This document shows, piece after piece, positions 14,238 to 24,721 of a stretch of 64,000 nt of DNA. Each line of letters begins with the position of its first letter. The first letter of the stretch is position 1. Below the pieces are notes generated by a model. That model was not told the origin of the DNA and did not search any database. It saw only the letters and a list, made by a program, of their open reading frames with translations. This stretch comes from Takakia lepidozioides (Eukaryota; Plantae; Bryophyta). The translations under genes and the position numbers were made by a program. The stretch spans positions 60,016,001-60,080,000 of the forward strand of contig CM060732.1 of assembly GCA_030704615.1 (NCBI GenBank). The letters are read 5' to 3'.

Positions 14238-16043
14238 TTACATTCTCTGCTCTCTTCTCTTGTATCTCTCACCTTTTTGTTCATGTCTAAAATTGCAGTT
14301 GTGAGACTTTAGGCTTGGACTCATGCGCTGGTCATGCTCGTTTTGTGCTGGGAACGTTGGCATGAACTCCTTTGCCTTGGGCAAGGGCACCTCCCGAAAC
14401 CATTCGTGATTAAGAGCTTCTTCTGCAGTTATCCTCTTTAGAGGATCGTACGTCAGAAGTCGGTTAAGCAGATCAAATCCAATCTTTGACAGCATTGGCC
14501 TCCCAGCACAAAATGCAGTTGGTGGGAATTTTTCACTCAACCTGTTGTAAGGTTGCCGTACAAAGTTGCACTTGACACCTGGTAGCTTGATGTAATCGGG
14601 CCATATCTTGTCATTGGGGGTGCCCAGGGTCTTGAAAATCTTATCAATCTGGTCAATTTCGGACTGGCCATTAAAAAGGGGCTCCTTTGCAAGAAATTCA
14701 GCCATGATACAACCAAGTGACCACATATCAATTGCTGTTGAATACTCCTTGGCTCCTAACAGTAGCTCTGGTGCTCTGTACCACAGAGTAACCACCGTGG
14801 GTGTATAGCAACTAGGCAGGCTCCCATACTGCCGAGCAAGACCGAAATCACAAATTTTAAGTTCTCCGCTATTGTTGAGCAGCAGATTAGAGGTTTTCAA
14901 ATCACGGTGCAGAACCCAATTGTCATGCAAATATTTCACACCCTGAAAGAGCTGGAGCATCAGGCATTTTACCTCACTCTGACTGAACGGTTGTTTCATG
15001 GATTCCATCAGCCCCTTCAGATCATGCTCCATGTACTCCATCACCATAAATATATTATCCAGATCGTTCTCTAGATTGTTCTCCACCACAATCTCTTTCA
15101 GACCAACCACTGAAGAATGATGAAATGACGACAACACATTGATTTCCCTCAGTGAAGTCATGGGATAACCCTCTCGCTCCTTCTCCATCTTTACTTTTTT
15201 CAATGCAACAATCTCTCTTGTTTTCATATTCCTGGCACGAAAGACAACTCCGTATGCGCCTTCACCGATCTTGTTTAATGTCACAAACCCATCCCCACTT
15301 GTGCACCCTATTAGCATGTCAATGGCCCGACGCTGGGACAGAACAGGCAGGGACAAAGGTTCTTCCAAGTCCGAATCAAGTTCTGGCTGCTGAACCTCTC
15401 CATCATCTTTGTCGTAGTAGTCCTCATCAAGTTCACAGTCTTTTCCTATTCTACCATCGCTATCTGTGCCCTTTACTCTCCTCCGCATGCCGTCTGTATT
15501 GTCTGGCTTCTCTTGCCTGTACTCTCCAGGCTCTGATGAGGTATCGCGACCGCTTGCTTGTGGACCCCCAGAAGAAAGCTGGCCTCTTGGCGATTTACCA
15601 GGCTCTGGCGTATGTGTCTCTCTAACCCAGCGTGAGGCAGAAATTGCAATGGGAGCTGGGGCATCATCTTCATCCTCGTGCATGGGGCTGTCAGGAACAA
15701 GCTGTCCAGGCTCTGGCACATCATCGGAGTCAGGAGAAACCCTAACCTGGTCCTGCATATGCAGGTCTACACTTTCCCTCTCACCACTGCTCTCTGTTAC
15801 AAGAACCGATTCCCTACCATTATTCACAAGTGGAGGCGGTGCTGCTGAGGCCGCAGGATAGAGAGATGAACTGGACAGCTTAGAGCGAGCCTGCTTCTCA
15901 TCAAGGTCCCAAACTATGGGCGAATACTTTCGCTTCCTAGGTGCAAATGAGCTCCCACTTTCGTCAGAACCCTGCTGCTTTAGAACGTTTATTGCTTGCC
16001 CGCGATGGCCGCGGCCGCCCATAGGCTCCCGTCCTCTAGCCAT
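14238..16043 (-). CDS. CDKG: Cyclin-dependent kinase G (CDK11/PITSLRE-like), intronless and divergent, ~601 aa from MARGRE
   Basis: Open frame with [56 protein letters not shown] and FMPTFP. The upstream extension to 16169 lies inside an inverted repeat. Confidence 0.9.
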   Translation of the reverse strand: MARGREPMGGRGHRGQAINVLKQQGSDESGSSFAPRKRKYSPIVWDLDEKQARSKLSSSSLYPAASAAPPPLVNNGRESVLVTESSGERESVDLHMQDQVRVSPDSDDVPEPGQLVPDSPMHEDEDDAPAPIAISASRWVRETHTPEPGKSPRGQLSSGGPQASGRDTSSEPGEYRQEKPDNTDGMRRRVKGTDSDGRIGKDCELDEDYYDKDDGEVQQPELDSDLEEPLSLPVLSQRRAIDMLIGCTSGDGFVTLNKIGEGAYGVVFRARNMKTREIVALKKVKMEKEREGYPMTSLREINVLSSFHHSSVVGLKEIVVENNLENDLDNIFMVMEYMEHDLKGLMESMKQPFSQSEVKCLMLQLFQGVKYLHDNWVLHRDLKTSNLLLNNSGELKICDFGLARQYGSLPSCYTPTVVTLWYRAPELLLGAKEYSTAIDMWSLGCIMAEFLAKEPLFNGQSEIDQIDKIFKTLGTPNDKIWPDYIKLPGVKCNFVRQPYNRLSEKFPPTAFCAGRPMLSKIGFDLLNRLLTYDPLKRITAEEALNHEWFREVPLPKAKEFMPTFPAQNEHDQRMSPSLKSHNCNFRHEQKGERYKRREQRM

Positions 16044-16339
16044 GGCCTTCCTCAAGCCTCCTCCTCCACAACAATTCATAGGTGGCTTCACGCCCAGGCT
16101 TATTATACACTTGCAGGCTAAAAGAAATCTCAAAAAGACATTGTCTTCATGTCCGGGCTTATTATACACTTGCAGTCTAAAAACAATCTCTAAAAGACAA
16201 GAGATTGTTCCTTTTTCTTTTCTTGTCTTTTAGAGATTGCTTCTAGCCCTGCAAGTGTATAATAAGCCCGGGCGTGAAGCCGCAGATGAATTGTTGTGGA
16301 GGAGGCTTGAAGAAGGCCATGGCTAGAGGACGAGAGCCT
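16023..16339. repeat. Inverted duplication of the CDKG 5' end, with an internal ~50-bp tandem copy
   Basis: 16221-16339 is the reverse complement of 16023-16140. ggcttattatacacttgcag...aaaagaca is repeated at ~16097 and ~16156. Confidence 0.9.
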
Positions 16340-16830
16340 CAATATTAAGTAGCTACCATCTGTAGATGCATCTTCTTCATCCTCTCCCTGGTGCGCCTGC
16401 TTTGACTGGCAATTGGTACCTCAGTAACATGGCAACTGTCCACGGATGTTACACAAAGCTGTGGTACAGAAATACAGAAGGGTATGTTGACTTCCTGCAC
16501 AAAGAATCTGAGGTGAGGGTACCTCTTCTCCCTCTCCAGGCCATGCACTTATTCACACCTGGATTGTTTGCAGGAAATTAATGCAGTTCTGGATGAACAA
16601 CTCTCAGCTGAAGATGAGGAGGCTGTATTGGCTGATGACCTTGAAACACTGGCAAGTTCTTCCCTATCTTCTCTCTCAGGCCTGATGGACCCTGTTGACC
16701 CTAAATTAGCGGTCATTGCTGCTTTCATCTCTAGCTGCATGGTTGTTCTCCTGCACTCTTCCTCTCTCTCATCATGGATTGCACAAAATGCCTTTCCACT
16801 CCCATCTTCACAATACATTGAAAACATATC
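16340..16830 (+). pseudogene. Duplicated VPS20 fragment (intron 3 end, exon 4, intron 4)
   Basis: Near-identical to 9765-10261 with a 6-nt in-frame deletion (VLAELDDL to VLADDL). Confidence 0.95.
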
Positions 16831-16832
16831 AC

Positions 16833-17580
16833 TTGATAGCCGTGCACGCATTGCAAGATTTTTTTTTCGCAATGAACAAAAATCAGATGACAACTGAACG
16901 CCTCATTGGCCCATCGAATGAATTTCAATTGATCTCATATTACACTGGGACCTATCAGAGGGTACATTGAACACACTGGCCAAGTCTCAAAGCGAACGAA
17001 AATCATTTGGATGGGCAACCATCCGTTGGCCCATTGAACGAATTTCGATTGATCTCATATTACTCTGGGGCCTCTTCCATGGTACATTGGATATACTGGC
17101 CAAGTCTCAAAGCGAACCAAAATCATTTGGAGGCAAATGATTTATTCGTCTGTTCATTTATTTGTGATTAATCGTTAATGGTGAAAAGGATAAACCAAAG
17201 GTTTCTTGATCAAAAAAAATTTGAATGATTTGAAATTTTGCTAGTATGTTTTACATGCCTCTTACATGGACCGGACAAGTATGAGATCAATAAAAAATGG
17301 TTCACAGGAGGAACCAATGGTTACTTGATGTGTCGATTTATGAATGCTTTCAAATTTTGCCATTGCATTGTACATGCCTTCTTAAAGGTACCGGACAAGT
17401 ACGAGTTTGATTTAAAATATTGCAATGGGTGAACCAATGGTATCTTCATTCAACAATTTTTGATTGTTTTGAAACTTTGCCAGTATATTGTACATGTCGT
17501 CAAACAGGTACCGAATAAGTATGAGGTCATTCAAAAATGGTTCAAAAGATGAACCTCGTATTTCCCAAAATTACGTAGAC
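16833..17580. mobile_element. Probable non-autonomous DNA transposon with opposed 120-bp subterminal arrays
   Basis: Two 120-bp units at ~16906 and 17026, and three 120-bp units at ~17220, 17340 and 17460. The two arrays are diverged reverse complements (ttgatctcata versus tatgagatcaa). Confidence 0.55.
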
Positions 17581-19360
17581 TATACAGTGGGTTGTACATT
17601 TAAGTTTTCGCAACCTGAGATTGACAGGTTTATCCTACATTTCTGATCTCCAGCGTTTGTAAGCATTGGTACATAACAAACTTGTGGATTCTGAGCTATG
17701 GGAGGAGTCAGAACGGCAATCAAGTGTTGAAGCAAAGTTTGGAATTCTTGGAGTGCTGAGCCCTGGTCTGCTGAAGCCATAAATTACCTCCGACAAATAT
17801 CCAAATGAGTCAATCACTGGGCTGCTCATGTTATGAAGACTGTTGCCATGATATGACAGCAGCTATGCCGCAAAATTTTACACTCCATGTGCACACTCTT
17901 TCTCTCACAGACAACCACACTTCATCTGTGTCCATTTCAAGAACAAATAGTTTTTTATTTTGTACTACTATGCACACAATTTACTCATATGTTGAACAAA
18001 CATGGTCAAGACCTTACAACACACATACAAAGTTATAAACACAATAGTAACCATCCATCCCAACCTAACCTGAGAATATGTTTGTTCCATTCAACTAAAT
18101 CTATCAGTAAACCTCACACACCATGAGTAAATAATAGATTATTGTCTAACTTATCTAGTCTTAGTTCAATAGACTGTTGTGCCTTTCACAAATTAAGGTA
18201 CTAGAGAAGTATGGTCTAGAAGAAGGCAATGCATACACCATTTCCTTCAACCTCCCCCATCTACCTGGGTTAGTTGTCATTTTTATACAGGTCCAGCTTT
18301 GAGTGGGGATGATATAGTCGGTGGTAACCATAACACCCAACATGCCCTACGGACCCCCCAATAACAAATGTGGTGCTATAGTCTGTGGCGACTATAACAC
18401 CTCACCTGCAGGCCACGGTCATAGGCATTCCACCTCTCATTTCCGTGGACTGTTACCAAGATGCATGAAGTCGGTAGTTTTGGTTGTCGACCTCCACCTT
18501 CGAGGTGGTTCGGTGTAGGTTCGGGCTGGGATTGACCTATCACACAGAAGTTTGGAGTCATTGTCAACTCTTTTGAACAGACTATGCAAATGGTCTTGCT
18601 TTAGAAAGTTTAGATGTCAGTTGGCAGCCTCTGTAGCAGTTGAGGCAGTTTACCAGATCACGAAAATGGGCGCAGTGGTGCATTACAGGTGAAACGTTCA
18701 CCACCTAAGTACAAAGAAGAAGGGAAAGGGGGATGGAGAAAGGGAAGAGATGTTAGGAGACAGACTTGTACCAGTGAAGTTGAAACAAAACAAGTGACAG
18801 TGCAGATCAAGAGTCTTGAGGAGAGATTGCTAATGCTAACCACCATAGCCTTGCAGCCGTAGATGCAAAGGGGTAAGGAATGTGAATGAGAAGAGGAAAG
18901 GGGGACTGGACTCAATACCATCACTCCAGGCTCATTACTTTAGGGGAACTCACCTACCAAAGGTATGCGATCACAATGCGAGAGATGAACCTCTTAGACT
19001 GCAGAAAACGTGCTGTGGCCAGAGAAGATGGGTGGGTAGGCAAACAGTCAGGTACATGTACAGTATTACCTGATGATACGTTGTAAAGCAGCCTTCGACA
19101 ACAAACATATATAGAGCACTCGCTATGCAGTTCACACTGGGGACTTTCCCATTCATAGTGCTCACATTTGTGGGCTACTGCGCATACGGCAATGCAGTCT
19201 CTCCATTCTTACTGAGCTCTCTTTCTGGTCCCAAGTCATGGGTAACAGTTGCAACGCCTTCTTCCAAGCAATTATTTGCATGCATGTAAATCACTCAATG
19301 CCCTGAGAAGTTCGTCCATAGATTCCAAGTACGGTTCGTTCAACTCTTCGAATCTTCCCT

Positions 19361-20483
19361 TCATAGGGGTCCAAGAAAACTCAGTTGGCTCACAACGCCA
19401 TACACTTGTGTATCCTCCTCCCACACACTCTTTGCCCATTGTTTCTTTGGCACGGAGGGAACCTGCCAAAGCCACTCCCACGACGCATGCACCAAGTCAT
19501 ACCCCAACGTCATTGTTGTCGAGTTTCTAAGCAAGATGAGACCCTCGTGGGCTGAGGCCATCCAATTCGGATCAGTGAATTCTCCGAATAGTAGGGTGGA
19601 CATTTGCCCTACTGCCTTCCACTCTTGAGTGGCGAACATGAACTCCCACAACCCTATGCCTTCTTCAATGAATCCAAGGTCAGAAGTAACCAAACCGCCA
19701 ACTAGCAACAGCCGCTCACTACTCTCCGCGAGGTACTTGTGTATCACATGACTGAGCTTATTTGTTCTCAGCACGGTCCAAAAACCCTTTCCAATGTTGT
19801 ATTCAGACAATCTCAGAGGTGCTGCTGTTGAATATGTATTACACTCCAAGGCGTACATAAAGCTGCCACAAATGACGCTTTCTATCGACAGATACCCTTC
19901 TCTTAAATTTGGATTTACGGGCATGCTCCCTGTTTCATTCCAACACTCTGAGATAGAGTCATACACATGGGTTCTACATGATCCTGTCTCGTCCCGGTCT
20001 CCCTCTCTGACGACAATGACCTTGTAAGAGGAAGGCTTGTCCACTAACAACTGCAAGACAATAGGACAACTATAGTCCCTGGGAGAGGAAGATAGTGCGG
20101 CCAGTTGTTTCCAGCACTTTGAGTGCGGATTGCACACAGTGAACGTACCCGTAACACTCGACGTGAAGAACAAGAGGACATAAACTGTGCGGCAAATGCT
20201 CCTCAAGGAATTTGAGGTCGATGGTGGTCCAAACACCCATGAATGGATCGTAGAGAGGCACTCGGAAATTATAATTGAAAAAAATGAAGCATGCCACATG
20301 CTTCGCAAGGGCGACTCCATTCCGGAGCAGCCAGAAGTATGATTCAGAAATAAGCGAATTCCGTAAGCGTGTCAACACCTGCTTCACGAACAGGTCGGAA
20401 GGGAGGTTGGTCCACACCATCGTGTCCATCACTAGGGTCTCCTCGGCGCTGCCTGTCTCTCTCTCCATCATGCTTTCTTGCAT
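19361..20483 (-). pseudogene. F-box/kelch-like beta-propeller gene, frameshifted, with truncated F-box
   Basis: WTNLPSDLFVKQVLTRL F-box start, then in another frame VCNPHSKCWKQL, YKVIVV, THVYDSISECW, ERLLLVGG, EWKAVGQM, LGYDL. Intronless and needs at least two frameshifts. Confidence 0.75.
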
Positions 20484-21057
20484 TCATGTGTCTGTGAGTC
20501 TACGCCTTCTGGGAATGCTCTCTTGCTCCCGCGCGACGCCATCCTCTCTCCCTCTCGCACCGCTCTCATTCGGTCTCTCTCCGCTCCACCACCCATCGCA
20601 GATTTACACTGTGCTGGGCACTGCTCTCCACCTTCAAGCTCTTGGGGGATGGACACCGCCCCCATAGCTGTGAAGCTGTGCGCGTGAAGGCGCTAGGGAC
20701 CAGTGAAGGGAAGTGCCTCCTCTCTGTGAAGCCCCGCTGCCCCTCTAAGTTACTCATGCCACCGTTTTGAATAGATAGCCGTTGTCAGCCTAAGGGGAGA
20801 GTATATTTTGAATATCTTTGGTCGAGCCCGGGGACTTGTTACTTTCTCCTTCCCTTCCCTCTCGCCCTCCCTTAGAGAACAGGGGTGATTGTAGCCCTGT
20901 AAAACTTTATTAAAAGGTTAGGAAAAAATATTTATTCATTTATTCTTTATTGTTTTTTAAAGGGGATTTATTCTTTTTGTCATGAATGAGAGTTCAGATT
21001 TACTATTGCTGGGGAGGAGAAAACAGATAGCTTTGTCTGCTATGTCACTACATGGAC

Positions 21058-21730
21058 CCAGCGTTTTTTTTTTGGGCGAATTTTCGCCAAATGGCGACCT
21101 CAAAAAAAAGAAAAGAATATTCCGTAGCAAATTCCATGTTTTTTCATGGATGAAATCGCCAAATTTCTCAAAAAATAATAATTATGGATGAATTCGCCAA
21201 ATATGGATTATATAAATGGATGAACGTATGGATGTGGATGTTTCTGTCCGAATATGAATGGATGAACAGAATATATGCCTAATTTTTGCAAAACTCTGTA
21301 GCCACTCGTGCTATTTTCCAAATTATAAAAACAAAAACTCTGCATGGACCCTCATATTTGGGGTCCATATTGATAGTACGGTATGTCACATGTACCCATT
21401 GGATTTGCCTTTGCGTATTGGGGGCCAGGCTTGCTGTGTCAAGCTTGCCATCCGCGTTGATCAGTGTTTGTTTTTTGGGCGAAAAATCGCCAAATGGCGA
21501 CCTCAAAACATTAAAATGGAATATTCTTTCGTAAATTCCCAATTTTTTCGTGGATGAAATCGCCAAACTTCTACAAGGAAAAAAAAAAAGGATGAATTCG
21601 CCAAATGTGGATGATATAAATGGATGAAAGTACATAGGATGATGATTCTATCCAAATGTCCGATGGATGAACAGAATATATAGCTATTTCTTGTAGCCAC
21701 TCGTGCTATTTTTCAAATTTAAGAAAACAA
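21058..21730. repeat. Two direct copies (~21058-21333 and ~21461-21730) of a MITE-like end
   Basis: Both begin CAG(C/T)G-T-run-GGGCGAA...TCGCCAAATGGCGACCTC, contain repeated ATGGATG and end GTAGCCACTCGTGCTATTTT. The hAT-like start is inference. Confidence 0.65.
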
Positions 21731-21810
21731 TGGATATGATGGATACGGTAAAGGTCTCCATGTACGTACTTCGGATGGGAATGATTGCAAGTGAGTTTGA
21801 CCTGGCTGAG

Positions 21811-23034
21811 GGCCACACAAATCAACAACTGCAAATCACATGTGTGAGTATGATATGTGCGACACTTTCAAAGAGAACTTTCACTACCGCATCCTTCCTG
21901 GTTGACAAAATCTACTGTAACTGCTAGCCACATCACCTTGCACTCAGACGTGAATGTTGCCAAGTCCATGTGAAGTGCAGTGCTGTTGGGGTGGGAGTCT
22001 TGACCACAACTGGTCCGTGCCTCAACCCCACCTTTGCAAAATGACTTCCAATCAATGCCCACCCTGCACACCTAGGTTTTCAAATTTATTGCCAGGTCCT
22101 GGGGACCCACCAGATTTATGACCTTTGGGTTGCCACACACTGTTCCATAAACCAAATCACAACACCTTTGTTGGACCCAGACAGGTAGAGGAGATATTGC
22201 ATAGTTTCCACCCTCCAGGAGTTATGAATATCGACTTTCTAGACAGATAGACATCTAGCCCTCCACCCACTCTGCAATCATACAGGGTGACCCAAAATCC
22301 AGCTCCCAGTGAATCCACTTGAACTTGCCAAAACATCTCAGCTTGGTAAATGACAATCTTGCCTTCAACAGTTTGCTCAACTTACCTTGCTCTTTGGGAG
22401 TCATGTACTACGTTGAACCTGGGAGCTCTGATATCCTACAGCAGGAATATGTGGCCTTCTGGTGAAACAGACATGCATTTACATCATTTGATATAAAAAT
22501 TGTTTCTGCAACTAAAGAGCAGGAGATAGACCTTTCCTTGTGGGCCGTTCATAGGATTGCATGAAACACTACAAACTCACTTATATCTACACAACTGCAA
22601 ATAATTTCCTTGAAAAGATGACAATTTGATATACATGGTGTGGACTGGACAAACCTTCAGATTTGATCAGGATCTATTGAGGAGATTCCTTGTTTTTCCT
22701 GCAAACAGGTGAAGTAGGGACGTTTGGGAGATCCACACCTCATCGTCTTCTCCATCATCATCTTGTTCCTGCAACTTTTCAGAGACCTTTCTGCCCTGAT
22801 CTCAATTTGGGCATCAGGCTCAGCACTTTCAATAGGTTCCGTATCAGTGACAGGTCTGTTTGGTTTCACCGCTACTCCCTCTGCCAGCTCTGCAATGGGC
22901 TGCTTAGTTGCCGCAGCTTTTTGTGCCTCTGGTTGTTCTGTAATTTCTTCCTCCCCTAGAGTTTCAGTGACTGCAACTGGTTGAGGTGCTTCTGGCATGT
23001 CTTCCATTGCCATCTGATACCAGACATTTCAAAT
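21811..23034 (-). pseudogene. Inverted duplicate of VPS20 exon 5 and downstream region
   Basis: Reverse complement of 10283-11563. [12 protein letters not shown]... is retained but frameshifted after DAQIE. Confidence 0.95.
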
Positions 23035-23270
23035 ACCCCTCTTTTGCCCGCATATGCTTGAACATGTGTGCGACACATGTGCAGAGACACAACAGACGAA
23101 TAAATCATTTGTCTCCCCATCGACACCAAGCCATTCCATAATGTAATTGAAGGTTGGTTGAAACATCTTTGAGTGGAAGCACAGTCATTTGCCTCTATTT
23201 TGAATGGAGCACAGTCTTGTGATGGTCCGTTGTCAGTATACATCGTGGAGCTTAACACCGGGGCCACAGA

Positions 23271-24721
23271 TATTGTTTTGATAACTATTAAGGGTTGAAA
23301 TGCAAACCATATGGTCTATTCTCAAAGCAGATACCTGCAGTAGTTTTGTATCGTGTGAGTTGAAGTGCAAAGGTTGTATTCTGAGAGTTTTCAGTCATGT
23401 AGGATGACAGGGTTGAGTTTGGCATAATCATTTCAATCAGGCACCTCCTGCAGGACCACTGCTTTTCAAGTTTGTGGATGCAATTTGTCTTCCACAACGA
23501 ATGTATGCACCTGCTTGTTGAGCTCCATGCAGCAGTGCCTTCACTCCTTCCTGACATCTCTCTCCTTCATCATTTTTCTCAACTTCTCTTTGTCGTCCCA
23601 CCTGCCAGCTGCTGCATAGATATTTGATAGCAGCACATATGTAGAAGCGTGCTGAGAATCCCACTTAAGAAGGGTTTTGGCTGCAGGTTCTGCTCGCTAA
23701 ACATCTCCATTAATTCTGCAGCGACCAAGCAAGGCCCCCCACACCTCAGCACCTAGCTCGACAGGCATTTTGTTAATGAAGTCTTCTGCCTCATCTAATT
23801 GCCCTGCATGGCCAAGAAAGTGCAGCCAAAATGTTCAACTGTAGGAGTAAGACCATGATCTTCACTCATCAAACAGAAGTAGTGACAGCCTTCATCCACC
23901 AAGCCCACATGTCCGCATGCAGAGTGAACACTTATGAAGGTGATTCCATTTGGCGTCAAGCCTTCCTTTCGCATACAGTCCAACAGTTTGAGAGCCTGCC
24001 TACCAAACCTATGCTGGGCATATCCTGCTATCAACACACACCATGACACCACATTTCGCTGAGCCATATTGTCAAACACTTGATGTGCCTCCTTTATGCT
24101 CCCCGCATTTGCCATACATGTCAACAAGGGCATTCTCCATAATGACATATGGCACAATTCCAGCTTTGCTGATGTCCGCATGAATCTCTCTGCCCTTTTC
24201 AAGGGCTGCCTGGTTGGCACACATTGAGAAGCAACAAAAATATATTTTGTTGAGGCATTCTCTCAAAAACTCAGTGTGCATCATCCACCCTCCCACACTT
24301 GGCATACATGTTGACGAGAGAAAGACATTTGGCTTGAATCCACTTTCAACAATGCGGGCATGCACCTGCTTTCCCTCGGCTAGGGGTGCAAGAGACACAC
24401 ATAACTATTGGAGTCTGCCAAGGTATCTTGATGGCTCAAAATGTGCACCGCCTCTTTCACTTCTCCTGCCCTACAGTATCCTCATATCCCCACAAATTAT
24501 GACAGAAGAGTTCTAGTTGACTCTTTGTATTGGTTGCATGATGTAGAGGAGGAGATGAAGGAAATTTCTCTTTGCCACCACAGTGAGAAGCTGGCAATTG
24601 CTTTTGGGCTCATCAGCACTCCCCCTGGAATCCCCATCCCCAAAACCAAGAACCTTCTGCGGTGACTGCCACACTGTCAAAGATTGTTGGGTGACTGGTT
24701 GTTGTAAGGGATGCCAACCGC
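23271..24721. pseudogene. PLS-E-DYW PPR pseudogene, copy 2, internally inverted
   Basis: 23271-23469 is a direct copy of 12263-12454. 23471-24535 is the reverse complement of 12459-13546. 24534-24721 is direct again ([25 protein letters not shown]...CGDCHT...RDANR). Confidence 0.92.

Noticed and set aside
16044-16169. 42-aa N-terminal extension of CDKG in the ORF track
   Set aside because: It starts at a non-ATG codon within the duplicated palindrome. MARGRE at 16043 is the more plausible start.
17600-19200. Possible additional gene fragments (e.g. ISSVCKHW)
   Set aside because: The matches are too short and interrupted to support a call.
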